Notes: generated from the sequence alone by a model not told the origin. 64,000 nucleotides of DNA from an uncultured virus (IMG/VR IMGVR_UViG_3300010157_000035) (IMGVR_UViG_3300010157_000035:1-64000); one strand, 5' to 3'; positions 1 through 8,927 are shown, numbered from the stretch's first letter. Translations and numbers: made by a program.

Positions 1-23
1 AACACCACCCTCTTTAAACCATT

Positions 24-1112
24 TTACTTGTCGCTGGCCTGTAAAATATACTTGCCATAACGCTGATGGAACTCGTCAAAGTTCTTCAGCTTGGTTGGCT
101 GGAATGGCAGGTTGTATGTGGTAAGTGCAATTCTAGCACCCATAACAACCAACTCAGTTTCAAAGTTCTTCATCATGTAAGCAAAGAAGTTATCGGCCAT
201 TTCATGGAACTGTTTATCGGATGTCTTGCGCTCAATAGCACCTTTGAGCTCGTAGCACATGGAGATCACTAAACTATACATGGCTGACACTTCTTTGACA
301 TTGAGTTCTTTTTCTTTGCCAGCCAAGATATCTTCGGGCTTGGGCATACGTCCGGCAATCTTACGATGTGCCATAAACTTCACAGCAAGGCCCTCACCGA
401 TAGTACCAGCAACCAAGTTCATCAAGGTGTCGTCGTCGCTGTCTTCGTCTTCAAGCAATTCACTCACAAAGGTCCACGAGCGTGGGGTGGCAAATGCACG
501 GCTTGCACTCTTGGCGTCAAAGTCGTACAGGTCCTGTTTGGCAAAACTCAAGTAACCCACCACGTCCTTGTGGATATTGTTGTTCACTGCCCACTCTTGG
601 TAACTGGCAAAATCCACTTTCATCTCTTGGTGGATGAAACGATTTGCCAGCGGAGTTGGCATACGATAAGTAACACCTTTGTCGCTTTCACGATTGCCTG
701 CGGCAACCATTACAACATTTTTTGGCAGTGCATACTTGCCAATACGTCGATTCAGGATCAACTGATAAGCCGCGGCTTGAACACTGGGTGCGGCACTATT
801 AAGTTCGTCCAAGAACAGCACCACCAGCGGATACTGTTCAGCAAGTTCTTCATCGGGCAGTTCAATTGGAGGAGCCCAATCCATCTTGCCCATGTCTTTG
901 TTGTAAAAAGGAATACCACGAATGTCTGTAGGCTCCATCTGACCCAAACGCAGGTCAATCATATAGCCGCCAAGCTCGGCAGTGATGTCGGCTACCAATT
1001 CCGACTTGCCGATGCCAGGAGGACCCCAAAGGAATAAGGGTCGTTGTTTTTTAAATGCTTTGAGCAGACTCTTGCGAGCTTGCACTGAAGTGACGGTTCT
1101 TGTTTCTGACAT
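24..1112 (-). CDS. MoxR-like AAA+ ATPase
   Basis: Walker A GPPGIGKS, Walker B LFLDE, AAGN sensor and PLANRF arginine finger. Confidence 0.9.
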   Translation of the reverse strand: MSETRTVTSVQARKSLLKAFKKQRPLFLWGPPGIGKSELVADITAELGGYMIDLRLGQMEPTDIRGIPFYNKDMGKMDWAPPIELPDEELAEQYPLVVLFLDELNSAAPSVQAAAYQLILNRRIGKYALPKNVVMVAAGNRESDKGVTYRMPTPLANRFIHQEMKVDFASYQEWAVNNNIHKDVVGYLSFAKQDLYDFDAKSASRAFATPRSWTFVSELLEDEDSDDDTLMNLVAGTIGEGLAVKFMAHRKIAGRMPKPEDILAGKEKELNVKEVSAMYSLVISMCYELKGAIERKTSDKQFHEMADNFFAYMMKNFETELVVMGARIALTTYNLPFQPTKLKNFDEFHQRYGKYILQASDK

Positions 1113-1156
1113 GGCTGTGTCCTTAGGTTACGGTTAAAATTAATTGCTATATGGCT

Positions 1157-1185
1157 ATTGTATATTAAACAGACTTCTGCGTCAA
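1157..1185 (-). promoter_or_regulatory. sigma70-type promoter
   Basis: TTGACG-17 nt-TACAAT upstream of the ATPase. Confidence 0.65.
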
Positions 1186-1374
1186 TCTGTCAATGATTTG
1201 TTGTTGCAAAACAGCAACATCATCACGATCCACATAAAAATCAGTGCGTGGGTCGTAATACTCTCCAGCTTTGGGATCGTAATACAAGACGGCGCCACTA
1301 GGGTAGTGGAACGGACCTTCCAGGCCCTTGCGTGGACCATATTCTTGGTTGTGCTTGAAAACGGTATAGGCCAT
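1165..1374 (-). CDS. hypothetical protein
   Basis: ORF; start moved to ATG 1374 just after the stop of the upstream gene. Confidence 0.7.
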   Translation of the reverse strand: MAYTVFKHNQEYGPRKGLEGPFHYPSGAVLYYDPKAGEYYDPRTDFYVDRDDVAVLQQQIIDRLTQKSV

Positions 1375-1375
1375 G

Positions 1376-1642
1376 TTATACACCCATTTCGTAGAAACTG
1401 ACAGTAGGATCAAGTCTGAGCAATTCTTCGGCACAACGGGTCAAACGGCGCATCTTGTCACGCACCATTGCAGGAGGCAGTTCGCCATCACAGGTAAGAT
1501 TTTCAGGACTCATGTCGCTGTCGATACTGTTGGCAATGGTCTGGCGATCTTTGGCATTGAGTAGGCTCAATTCGCGTTTATTCCAAATCTTAGCCCAGGT
1601 ATTCTTTTGGGCCACATAGGCTTCTAGTGTGCTGATGTTCAC
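1376..1642 (-). CDS. hypothetical protein
   Basis: ORF with AAGGAG SD, downstream of promoter. Confidence 0.75.
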   Translation of the reverse strand: MNISTLEAYVAQKNTWAKIWNKRELSLLNAKDRQTIANSIDSDMSPENLTCDGELPPAMVRDKMRRLTRCAEELLRLDPTVSFYEMGV

Positions 1643-1671
1643 GTCTGCTCCTTTTTAGTTTCTATACAAGT

Positions 1672-1700
1672 ATTATAGCGAATCGGGCATTAATGGTCAA
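1672..1700 (-). promoter_or_regulatory. sigma70-type early promoter
   Basis: TTGACC-17 nt-TATAAT. Confidence 0.85.
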
Positions 1701-1930
1701 CCAAATGCTTTTACCAGCCCTGTAAACCCAATTGCAAGGGCTACAATATTGACCAACAACTGTGGTTTATTTGCAACACGGATGCTCCATGCCATGAACA
1801 GGATTGTGCCTAAAAAGAAGGCAAGTATATTGTAAGGATAAGCCGCAGGACCCACGGCATTGAGACCATGCCCTGCTATGATAAACACTGCTCCAGTCCA
1901 CTGTAAAATATCGTTTGTTTTTAAGTTCAT
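1697..1930 (-). CDS. small membrane protein
   Basis: three hydrophobic segments; ATG 6 nt after the -10 box (leaderless). Confidence 0.7.
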   Translation of the reverse strand: MNLKTNDILQWTGAVFIIAGHGLNAVGPAAYPYNILAFFLGTILFMAWSIRVANKPQLLVNIVALAIGFTGLVKAFG

Positions 1931-1936
1931 ACCCAT

Positions 1937-1965
1937 ATTATAGCTGAACGGGCATTAATGGTCAA
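1937..1965 (-). promoter_or_regulatory. sigma70-type early promoter, near-copy of 1672-1700
   Basis: TTGACC-17 nt-TATAAT; shares GGTTGACCATTAATGCCCG with the other copy. Confidence 0.85.
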
Positions 1966-1974
1966 CCGGAGTTC

Positions 1975-3126
1975 TTACGGTGCTGTTGCTTGCAGATCAA
2001 AAGGTTTTACAAAGTATTCTTTGCTCATGATCACATTTGGCTTTCCTATACTTTTTACCCGGGCTAATATTGTTTCAATTTGCTCAACACCGGTGAGCCA
2101 GCAATGATATACTTCTGGGTCAGACAGTTGTATATTGTTAATTAGATCTGTGGTTTCTTCGGCCCTAGAGCCAACAAATAAGTTTTTTGCAGTGAGCCCG
2201 CGTAGATATGGAAACAGTGGTAATTCTCTGTCCAATGCCAAATTCCATTGCATATATAGAAAATCATCTATTCCGTGTCCTTGTAATTGATGCACAAATT
2301 CATGAGACGTTTGTTTGAGAGTTTCTAGCCAACGTATCATCATCCAAGTTTGTTTTAGGTATAGGTCTGGTAGATACCAAAAATGTAAACTCCAGTCGTC
2401 AGCTTCTTGGAACACACATGAATCACTCCTCACAGAGTACCATTGGCCATCTCTGAGATTAACACGAGGTTTATCAATGCCATTTAATTGTATACTGCGA
2501 CCGGTCCGGTCCTGGGTCCTCCGCACATCATCGTTTTGTGTGCCTAAAATAGCACGACTATTTTGATTTATTTTTGACTGGCCACCATTGTTGTAGATCC
2601 AGTCCAGTTTGTTCTTGTTAAAGTGCTTGACCAACATGTTTTTATCACCCCATCGAATCTGGGTGATTTTTAAATCGGGCATCCAGTGTGTCTTTACAAA
2701 ATTTGCCGAGTCGATGGCCATTTGATTATCAAAGTTCAATTGACCTTTGTTCCACCAATCTCTTGAATAAATTATCAATTCATCAATCTTGACATTGTTT
2801 CTTAAAAAAGCCTTTAGTATAGTATAGCTGTCGTACCCACCACTCCAATGCAGAGCCACATGATCATATAGACCTCGTATGCTCATTACATGACGGTCCA
2901 CAAGATCATTCAGGCATGTTTCAGGCTCCACAGTCCAGTTGACTTGATCAAATCTATTTTCTAACCAGCTATAAGTTATCTTACCAGTATCATAGTTGGC
3001 CAGTTCTATTGCTTCGAGACGATTGGTTGCACGTTGACCATTTATAGTATATGCCACATCAGCAGTAGACGACTCACTGGCAATTATTTGCTCATAATAA
3101 TTTTTGTCGTTTTCTAAAATTATCAT
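1975..3126 (-). CDS. PP-loop (N-type ATP pyrophosphatase / asparagine synthase-like) protein
   Basis: ALHWSGGYDS PP-loop motif. Confidence 0.6.
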   Translation of the reverse strand: MIILENDKNYYEQIIASESSTADVAYTINGQRATNRLEAIELANYDTGKITYSWLENRFDQVNWTVEPETCLNDLVDRHVMSIRGLYDHVALHWSGGYDSYTILKAFLRNNVKIDELIIYSRDWWNKGQLNFDNQMAIDSANFVKTHWMPDLKITQIRWGDKNMLVKHFNKNKLDWIYNNGGQSKINQNSRAILGTQNDDVRRTQDRTGRSIQLNGIDKPRVNLRDGQWYSVRSDSCVFQEADDWSLHFWYLPDLYLKQTWMMIRWLETLKQTSHEFVHQLQGHGIDDFLYMQWNLALDRELPLFPYLRGLTAKNLFVGSRAEETTDLINNIQLSDPEVYHCWLTGVEQIETILARVKSIGKPNVIMSKEYFVKPFDLQATAP

Positions 3127-4038
3127 TTATTTTTTAACGTTGAATTTTTTAACACGTTCTCTCAACGAGGTAATTTGTTGCCACATTTGTTGCTTGTTGT
3201 TGGTTGAATCGGCTACTCCGGCAAAAGATTCTATAGTGGTTTTCATCTCAGCAGTATTTACAGCTCGCCATAGTTCTCGTTTAAGATAAGCACTTTTCAC
3301 TGGGTCCAGTGTGGGTTTAAGGGCTAGTCCAACAAAACTGTTGAATCCTGGGGCTCCTGTGTGCTTACTCACAGACAGCAATGGTATTCCATCCAGCACT
3401 AGATCGGTGTGGTAAGTGCTGCCTACAATGTGTATTTTTCCAGCCTTGACTAACGACATTACATTAGGACCATTGCTTATCAAGGCCAGGTCTATTTCTT
3501 TGCCCATAATTGCTCTTAGGATTTCGGGTGTACCTTTGTAGTTCACTATCTCTATCGGCTGACGTGTATGTTGGGCCATGGCCTGCGTATTTAAATCCCA
3601 GTATGGACTGTAGCCGCCGACTAGATCTGGCATGCGAGTTATCAAGTCTGCTGGACGTTTGATATTGGTATCGGGCCTAGTTACCCATACTCCTGTTCCA
3701 GTGAAGATGTTTAGCACTAGGTCAAAATCATCGTCGGTGTAAGTCAATTGTTCAGGTCGTATCACCGGGTCTGCAACCAGTGACGAGGTTGTAGTTAGAT
3801 ATATTTCTATATCTCTGCTGCTTTTCCAGCGTTCGGTTCCGATCAATCCACTGGCACCTGGTACGTTTTCTACCACAATGGTATCGCCAGTGTTGTTCTT
3901 GAATGTTTCGGCAATTTTTCTCAGCACGGTATCAGACAGTGAGCCAACTGGCCACGGCAGCATGGCACGATATTCTGCGGCCAAAGCATTGAGAGAAACA
4001 CAAAACAATACAGTTGCAAACAAAATTCTCAAGTTCAT
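3127..4038 (-). CDS. Bug/TctC tripartite tricarboxylate transporter substrate-binding protein
   Basis: signal peptide; PWPVGSLSD, IVVENVPGASGLIG and YKG motifs typical of the Bug family. Confidence 0.8.
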   Translation of the reverse strand: MNLRILFATVLFCVSLNALAAEYRAMLPWPVGSLSDTVLRKIAETFKNNTGDTIVVENVPGASGLIGTERWKSSRDIEIYLTTTSSLVADPVIRPEQLTYTDDDFDLVLNIFTGTGVWVTRPDTNIKRPADLITRMPDLVGGYSPYWDLNTQAMAQHTRQPIEIVNYKGTPEILRAIMGKEIDLALISNGPNVMSLVKAGKIHIVGSTYHTDLVLDGIPLLSVSKHTGAPGFNSFVGLALKPTLDPVKSAYLKRELWRAVNTAEMKTTIESFAGVADSTNNKQQMWQQITSLRERVKKFNVKK

Positions 4039-4057
4039 ACGTTTTCCTTTTTAAATG

Positions 4058-4699
4058 TTAATCCACTACTGGACGGTCAAACACATTGTATGGATCATAC
4101 GCAAGACTGACTTGCAAGGCAATACGATCCTTGGAGATATTTTTTTGTGCGTGTAAAATTCTACCATCGATCATGAGCCATTTGTGTAGTGGGGCACATA
4201 CTCGGTCGATCAAGGTCAACTTGGCCAATTGGGTTGGCCTACAGTTGTAAGGTCGGTATACATCCTCTCCTGTTTCTTGATAGAATTCAGTCCATTGATC
4301 ATCGTTGCCTTTTTCTATTAGATACAACAAGGCAAAATTTCTAGTGGTATCTGTGTGTGGCCCGCCCATGGTGGTTTCTGTGTCGTCGGCTCTGGGCATG
4401 AGACACACACTGACTCCAGACTCGACCACTACTGGCGCAATGTTGTCTCGCACCCAGGTGTTCCATTCATCGTCTAGAGGAAATCTCGGATTGCTTCTGG
4501 TAACAATTGGTTGATCATCTTGATCATACACTATTTTGGTACCAAACACAATGCCGGAACCGCCGGTATTGACCACAGGTGGTCTTTTGTCTGGATCGTA
4601 CCAATCCTGTTTGGCCTTGCGAGCTGCAGTCAGAGCCTGCTGTACCAAATGCTCGGGCACTGCCGGCAGTTGGTCCATGATTTGATAGCATTTAGTCAT
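4058..4699 (-). CDS. 2OG-Fe(II) oxygenase-like (HxD...H) protein, paralog
   Basis: PHTD...ILH...RIALQV; start refined to MTKCYQ. Confidence 0.55.
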   Translation of the reverse strand: MTKCYQIMDQLPAVPEHLVQQALTAARKAKQDWYDPDKRPPVVNTGGSGIVFGTKIVYDQDDQPIVTRSNPRFPLDDEWNTWVRDNIAPVVVESGVSVCLMPRADDTETTMGGPHTDTTRNFALLYLIEKGNDDQWTEFYQETGEDVYRPYNCRPTQLAKLTLIDRVCAPLHKWLMIDGRILHAQKNISKDRIALQVSLAYDPYNVFDRPVVD

Positions 4700-4709
4700 A
4701 TGTGTCCTT

Positions 4710-5372
4710 TTAGGGTTGATTGTTGTGTTCAAACAGGCCAAACACATCTTCATTGAAACTCACATGTATGGCAATGCGTTCGCCTTGATGGTTACCAGTT
4801 TGGTGTAGTATACCGGTTTCACAATATACCCATGAGTTCAATGGCATGTAGGCTTGGTCGATTTTCTCTACCAATGGCATGTAGGCCTGGTCAATTTTCT
4901 CTATGCCTTGCTGACCGGTCAATGTGATAGCAAGCGGTCTACGCAATGGTTGGCCTGACTGATGATACCATCGAGTCCATTGATCAGCATTGCCTTGCTT
5001 TATTGTGTAGAACAATGCGAATTTTCTATTTTTGTCACTGTGAATTGATGATAGGCCAGAATCTTTATATGCGTCGCTAGGAACTACCACACTAGATGCC
5101 ACTCCGGTGTCGGTGAATTTATCTGAAATATTTTCTCCAACCCATTGTTCCCATTCGTTGTCAAGTTGAAATCTTGGAATCCATCTCAATGTTTCGTAAT
5201 CCCCGTTGTTGTTGACTATCAATCTGGGATTGATACTGGGTTCCAAGGTAGAATTTAATACAGGGTGATCCACAAGATTTTCTTGCCAATTTTCAGCAAT
5301 TGATATGGACTGCTGAACAAAATGCTTAGGAACAGCTGGTAAATGATCCATGACATGATGGCATTTAATCAT
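4710..5372 (-). CDS. 2OG-Fe(II) oxygenase-like protein, paralog
   Basis: IHSD...ILH...RIAIHV. Confidence 0.55.
   Translation of the reverse strand: MIKCHHVMDHLPAVPKHFVQQSISIAENWQENLVDHPVLNSTLEPSINPRLIVNNNGDYETLRWIPRFQLDNEWEQWVGENISDKFTDTGVASSVVVPSDAYKDSGLSSIHSDKNRKFALFYTIKQGNADQWTRWYHQSGQPLRRPLAITLTGQQGIEKIDQAYMPLVEKIDQAYMPLNSWVYCETGILHQTGNHQGERIAIHVSFNEDVFGLFEHNNQP
4839..4904. repeat. 33-bp in-frame tandem duplication
   Basis: encodes EKIDQAYMPL twice; 3 nt differences between the units. Confidence 0.9.
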
Positions 5373-6040
5373 ACCACTTCCTTGTTTGTTTTGTCGGTAC
5401 GATCAAACAGGCCAAACACATCTTCATTGAAACTCACATGTATGGCAATGCGTTGGCCTTGATGGTTGGTGGCCTGATGAAGAATTCTTACATCGGCATA
5501 CACCCAGGTATACAATGGCATAACAATTTCATCAATCAACTGGAATTCCTCTCCGGTTGTGCTGACAATTTGATCTATTGTATTTTTTTGCAAGGCATAA
5601 ACTTGTTTTTTAGCTGGAATCAACGGTCCGTCTTTAAGACAATACCATCGTGTCCATTGATCGTCATTGTCTTTCTTGACCAGGTAGAACAAACAAAATT
5701 TTCTTTCTGTGTCATTGTGCAGCGATGTTGCTTGTGTGTCTTCTACTCCGTCCTGTGGCACCAACAAACTTTGTGCTACACCTGTGTTGATATAACAGTC
5801 AGAAATATTGTTGTTGACCCATTCTTCCCATTGCTTTCCGATAAAAATTCTAGGAATATTTCTGCCGCTGTATTTCTTACCATCGTTGTCGACAGCAGGA
5901 GGTTTGGACTGTATACTCCCAGCGCCGGTGATTAGATTATCGAGATTGTTTTGCCAAGCATTTGCAATGCTCAGTGCCTGTTGCACAAAATGGTCAGGCA
6001 CCGGCGGCAAATGATTCATTATTTGATGACACTTAATCAT
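5369..6040 (-). CDS. 2OG-Fe(II) oxygenase-like protein, paralog
   Basis: LHND...ILH...RIAIHV; start refined to MIKCHQ with GGAG SD. Confidence 0.55.
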   Translation of the reverse strand: MIKCHQIMNHLPPVPDHFVQQALSIANAWQNNLDNLITGAGSIQSKPPAVDNDGKKYSGRNIPRIFIGKQWEEWVNNNISDCYINTGVAQSLLVPQDGVEDTQATSLHNDTERKFCLFYLVKKDNDDQWTRWYCLKDGPLIPAKKQVYALQKNTIDQIVSTTGEEFQLIDEIVMPLYTWVYADVRILHQATNHQGQRIAIHVSFNEDVFGLFDRTDKTNKEVV

Positions 6041-6127
6041 ATTTCTCCACACCAAAAGTAGCAGTCAATACACCTGACTGTTTAATTACACAATTATAAT
6101 TGCTGGTAGAGAACTCTACTTACGGTA

Positions 6128-6232
6128 GGCGTTCTGTAGTATATTCTACAGTAAAGACATCACTATGTCAAGCGTCTTTTTTGGCGTTCTGTAGTATATT
6201 CTACAGTAAAGACATCACTATGTCAAGCGTCT
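6128..6232. repeat. perfect 50-bp direct repeat x2 (6128-6177, 6183-6232), each containing a minus-strand TTGACA-17-TAGAAT promoter and two hairpins
   Basis: direct sequence comparison; hairpins GACAT-AGTG-ATGTC and CTGTAG-AATATA-CTACAG. Confidence 0.9.
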
Positions 6233-6282
6233 GTTTCGTTGCGAAACCCGACGTCGGATGAACCCGGCGTTGCTAGATTTAT

Positions 6283-6903
6283 TTAGCTTGTCAGTTGAAA
6301 CTCAACTAATTCTGGATAATCTTTTATGAAACTGTCAAGATTGTAGTTGACTTCTGTTTCGGCGTCGCTGGTCAGTATTCTGATGGTTGTAAATATTCTA
6401 GTTGCGGTAAGGTTATCAACAGCATGACATTGGTCGGCCGCAAATGCATGCCAGCCTTGTGTAAATACTGTTTTGGTTCGAATGCCACCGGTCTGATCAA
6501 ATGGAATATTAGAGGCCTCTGAATCTTTTGCTTGTTTTGTAAAATTATAAAATATTGTTTCAACGCGATCCCCGCCCAGCTCAACAAAATAATTGATACC
6601 CAGTGCTCGCCCTCGATCAATGTGTGGTGGCAAACAGGACGGAATATTGTCATGGCTTTTCATAATACAAACAGTTGATGTAATTGTGTGCTTTGGAAAG
6701 AATTTTTGAAACTCCAAAATCATCTGTTCAGATATAATTTTGTCTTTGACTCCTAGCAAATGCAAAGGTGCAGTTATAGCACCATTGTGAAATTGTTCAA
6801 GCCATTGTTTTTTACTAGGATCAAATTGAACAGAATTGGCCCATGCTTTGATCTGTTCAATTACGGCATTTGATGGTGGCGGTAAGTTGAGTTTGACATG
6901 CAT
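6283..6903 (-). CDS. 2OG-Fe(II) oxygenase-like protein
   Basis: PPHID...CHAV...RI; distant relative of the three downstream paralogs. Confidence 0.5.
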   Translation of the reverse strand: MHVKLNLPPPSNAVIEQIKAWANSVQFDPSKKQWLEQFHNGAITAPLHLLGVKDKIISEQMILEFQKFFPKHTITSTVCIMKSHDNIPSCLPPHIDRGRALGINYFVELGGDRVETIFYNFTKQAKDSEASNIPFDQTGGIRTKTVFTQGWHAFAADQCHAVDNLTATRIFTTIRILTSDAETEVNYNLDSFIKDYPELVEFQLTS

Positions 6904-6912
6904 ACTAATAGC

Positions 6913-7113
6913 TCATCTGACAATTTTTACTGCTCTAGCATCTTGATCACGTATGGCCCATTCAGTTGAACCCACACGTATGTGAAGACAACAGGCCATG
7001 CGTCTTAACACAGTCACAGTCTGCGCAGCAACAATGCCCATTTGTTGCAACCGTTCATTGGCAACACTGGTAATCACTGCTACATCTCGTTCTTGTAAAT
7101 CGTTCAATGTCAT
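6913..7113 (-). CDS. feoA: FeoA-domain protein
   Basis: RLQQMGI...VTVLRR...IRV SH3-like FeoA pattern, 66 aa. Confidence 0.65.
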   Translation of the reverse strand: MTLNDLQERDVAVITSVANERLQQMGIVAAQTVTVLRRMACCLHIRVGSTEWAIRDQDARAVKIVR

Positions 7114-7121
7114 AATTTTTG

Positions 7122-7970
7122 TTACTTCTTATGTTTTAACATGAATCTTAAATTAGAATGGGGTGCCCGTCGGTATGATACACCTTGCCAACTTGTATCC
7201 CAATTTAATGTTAAGTAGTCAGGGAAATCTAAAAGGGTTACTTCATAGCCTGAATTATAAATTCTATCAATAAGTGTTGTTATCATTAAATCAAAGTTAG
7301 ACTTTAACTCAAGCGGCAAATCGTTAAATGTTTCAGTAATTATTGGACAAGCAAAGAAAAAACTATTGTTAACCAAACCCATCATTGAATGTATAAGATC
7401 TGTAAAACGGTGCCAACCAGAAAATACAGCATGAATACACATTCCGCAATCATATCGGCCTTGATGTTCTTTAAAAAACTTATCATCTACATCGCCAATG
7501 AGATCGGCTTGACTCCACGGATTAGTAGCTTGATCTACACCAAATATGTGTGGGAACCAATTTTTAAACCCATTTTCTCCGCAACCTAGATCGATTACCG
7601 ATGTCGGGTTTGATTTATATAATTGATCAATATACCAGTAGGTATCTCTTAAGGTAAATTTTATACCGCTTTGGTAAAAAAATCTAGGACTTATTGAAAA
7701 TGGGAAATAAGAATCGTATATGTAATCAAAATGTTGAGATAATCTATTGTCAAGATCAGGATACGTTTCAAAAGGAACACCTGGATAATATGGATTCAAC
7801 AATTTTAATTGGCTTCTATTAATCAAAAAATCAAATCCGTGAACATCTCTGCATTCATCAATGATGTGTTTTGGTAACTGTTCCAACTCAGCATAACTAA
7901 CACAATCGGGCCACGACTCGTCTTTAATAGCGTTGTAGGATGCTATTAAGTTTTTAACAACAGAGTTCAC
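7122..7970 (-). CDS. putative SAM-dependent methyltransferase
   Basis: VIDLGCG motif I. Confidence 0.55.
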   Translation of the reverse strand: MNSVVKNLIASYNAIKDESWPDCVSYAELEQLPKHIIDECRDVHGFDFLINRSQLKLLNPYYPGVPFETYPDLDNRLSQHFDYIYDSYFPFSISPRFFYQSGIKFTLRDTYWYIDQLYKSNPTSVIDLGCGENGFKNWFPHIFGVDQATNPWSQADLIGDVDDKFFKEHQGRYDCGMCIHAVFSGWHRFTDLIHSMMGLVNNSFFFACPIITETFNDLPLELKSNFDLMITTLIDRIYNSGYEVTLLDFPDYLTLNWDTSWQGVSYRRAPHSNLRFMLKHKK

Positions 7971-7999
7971 TGTTATAATTTCCTTTATAAAAATATTTT

Positions 8000-8073
8000 T
8001 GGTGCCCCTTGACAGAATCGAACTGCCAATTGATGATTACAAATCAACTGTTATACCATTTAACTAAAAGGGC
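8000..8073 (-). tRNA. tRNA-Thr(TGT)
   Basis: cloverleaf, anticodon loop TTTGTAA, GTTCGA T-loop, encoded CCA. Confidence 0.9.
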
Positions 8074-8117
8074 GTATTACTACTTATTTGTCACAAACCC
8101 TATCCATAAATATCATA

Positions 8118-8267
8118 ATGAAAATTTACTATGACAACACAGGATACCACACCAAATTTGAACAGCCTGAATATTACATCGATCATACTGGCTGGTATGC
8201 CACAATAATGATTTTACTTGGTATAGTTGCATTTGGTCTAGGTTTACTGATAGGGTTTATCTGGTAG
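8118..8267 (+). CDS. small membrane protein (49 aa)
   Basis: MKIYY...hydrophobic C-terminus; preceded by ATAAATA. Confidence 0.5.
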   Translation: MKIYYDNTGYHTKFEQPEYYIDHTGWYATIMILLGIVAFGLGLLIGFIW

Positions 8268-8339
8268 GACCTGCTGGATTCGAACCCACGACCCTGGAGG
8301 TAGAAGCTCCATGCTCTAATCCAACTGAGCTAAGGTCCT
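8262..8339 (-). tRNA. tRNA-Arg(TCT)
   Basis: stem TGGAG/CTCCA, loop CTTCTAC, encoded CCA; T-stem has a mismatch. Confidence 0.85.
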
Positions 8340-8342
8340 AAT

Positions 8343-8432
8343 TGGCGGAGAGTGTGGGATTCGAACCCACGATAGTGTTGCCACTATGACGGTTTAGTAG
8401 ACCGTTGGTTTCAGCCGCTCACCCAACTCTCC
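8343..8432 (-). tRNA. tRNA-Ser(ACT), class II
   Basis: long variable arm, G73, stem ACGGT/ACCGT, loop CTACTAA. Confidence 0.9.
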
Positions 8433-8493
8433 GTAATTTTACTGTCACACATAATTTGATAAATAAATTTATAAAACATAAACGGCGTATATA

Positions 8494-8925
8494 ATGTTAC
8501 ACACAATCACCACCATATCAGACGATCTTGCTAGCCTTATCAAGGACGATCCGGTGCGCCCAGAGATACCCTTGTCGGAACGTGTAAACTCAAACAGTCG
8601 AATTTACATGTTAAAGGATGGTGATCAAACATTAGCCGTTACCTGTGTTAAATTCTTAGAAACAATTCCTTCAGCAGTTGATGATTTGGTTGTGATAATT
8701 GGTGGTGCAACAACCGCGGTATTTTATACTATCTGGAGTTACACAGCCGGGGCCGGTCGAGACCTTATTGTAGCAGCTCAACGGTCAATTGAATCAGAGT
8801 TTCCAGAGATTCAAACCTACGTGACATTGAGTCCTAAGACCGAAATGGCTCGACGCTTTCATTTGAAAAACGGCGCTCGAGAATTGAGAGAAAACCGCGA
8901 CACCATCAACTACATCTACAAGTGA
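8494..8925 (+). CDS. GNAT-fold / malonyl-CoA decarboxylase C-terminal-like protein
   Basis: AVFYTIWSY..GAGR and YVTLSP motifs. Confidence 0.5.
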   Translation: MLHTITTISDDLASLIKDDPVRPEIPLSERVNSNSRIYMLKDGDQTLAVTCVKFLETIPSAVDDLVVIIGGATTAVFYTIWSYTAGAGRDLIVAAQRSIESEFPEIQTYVTLSPKTEMARRFHLKNGARELRENRDTINYIYK

Positions 8926-8927
8926 CA

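Noticed and set aside
4729..5467. Diversity-generating retroelement template/variable repeat pair
   Set aside because: One mismatch only, not adenine-specific, and no reverse transcriptase in the window.
6128..6232. Possible CRISPR array
   Set aside because: Only two 50-bp units separated by 5 T residues, no unique spacers, no cas genes.
8262..8432. Amber suppressor tRNA / stop-codon recoding (CTA occurs in both anticodon loops)
   Set aside because: The 5-bp stems centre the anticodons on TCT and ACT; conserved genes are uninterrupted in the standard code and TAG is used as a stop.
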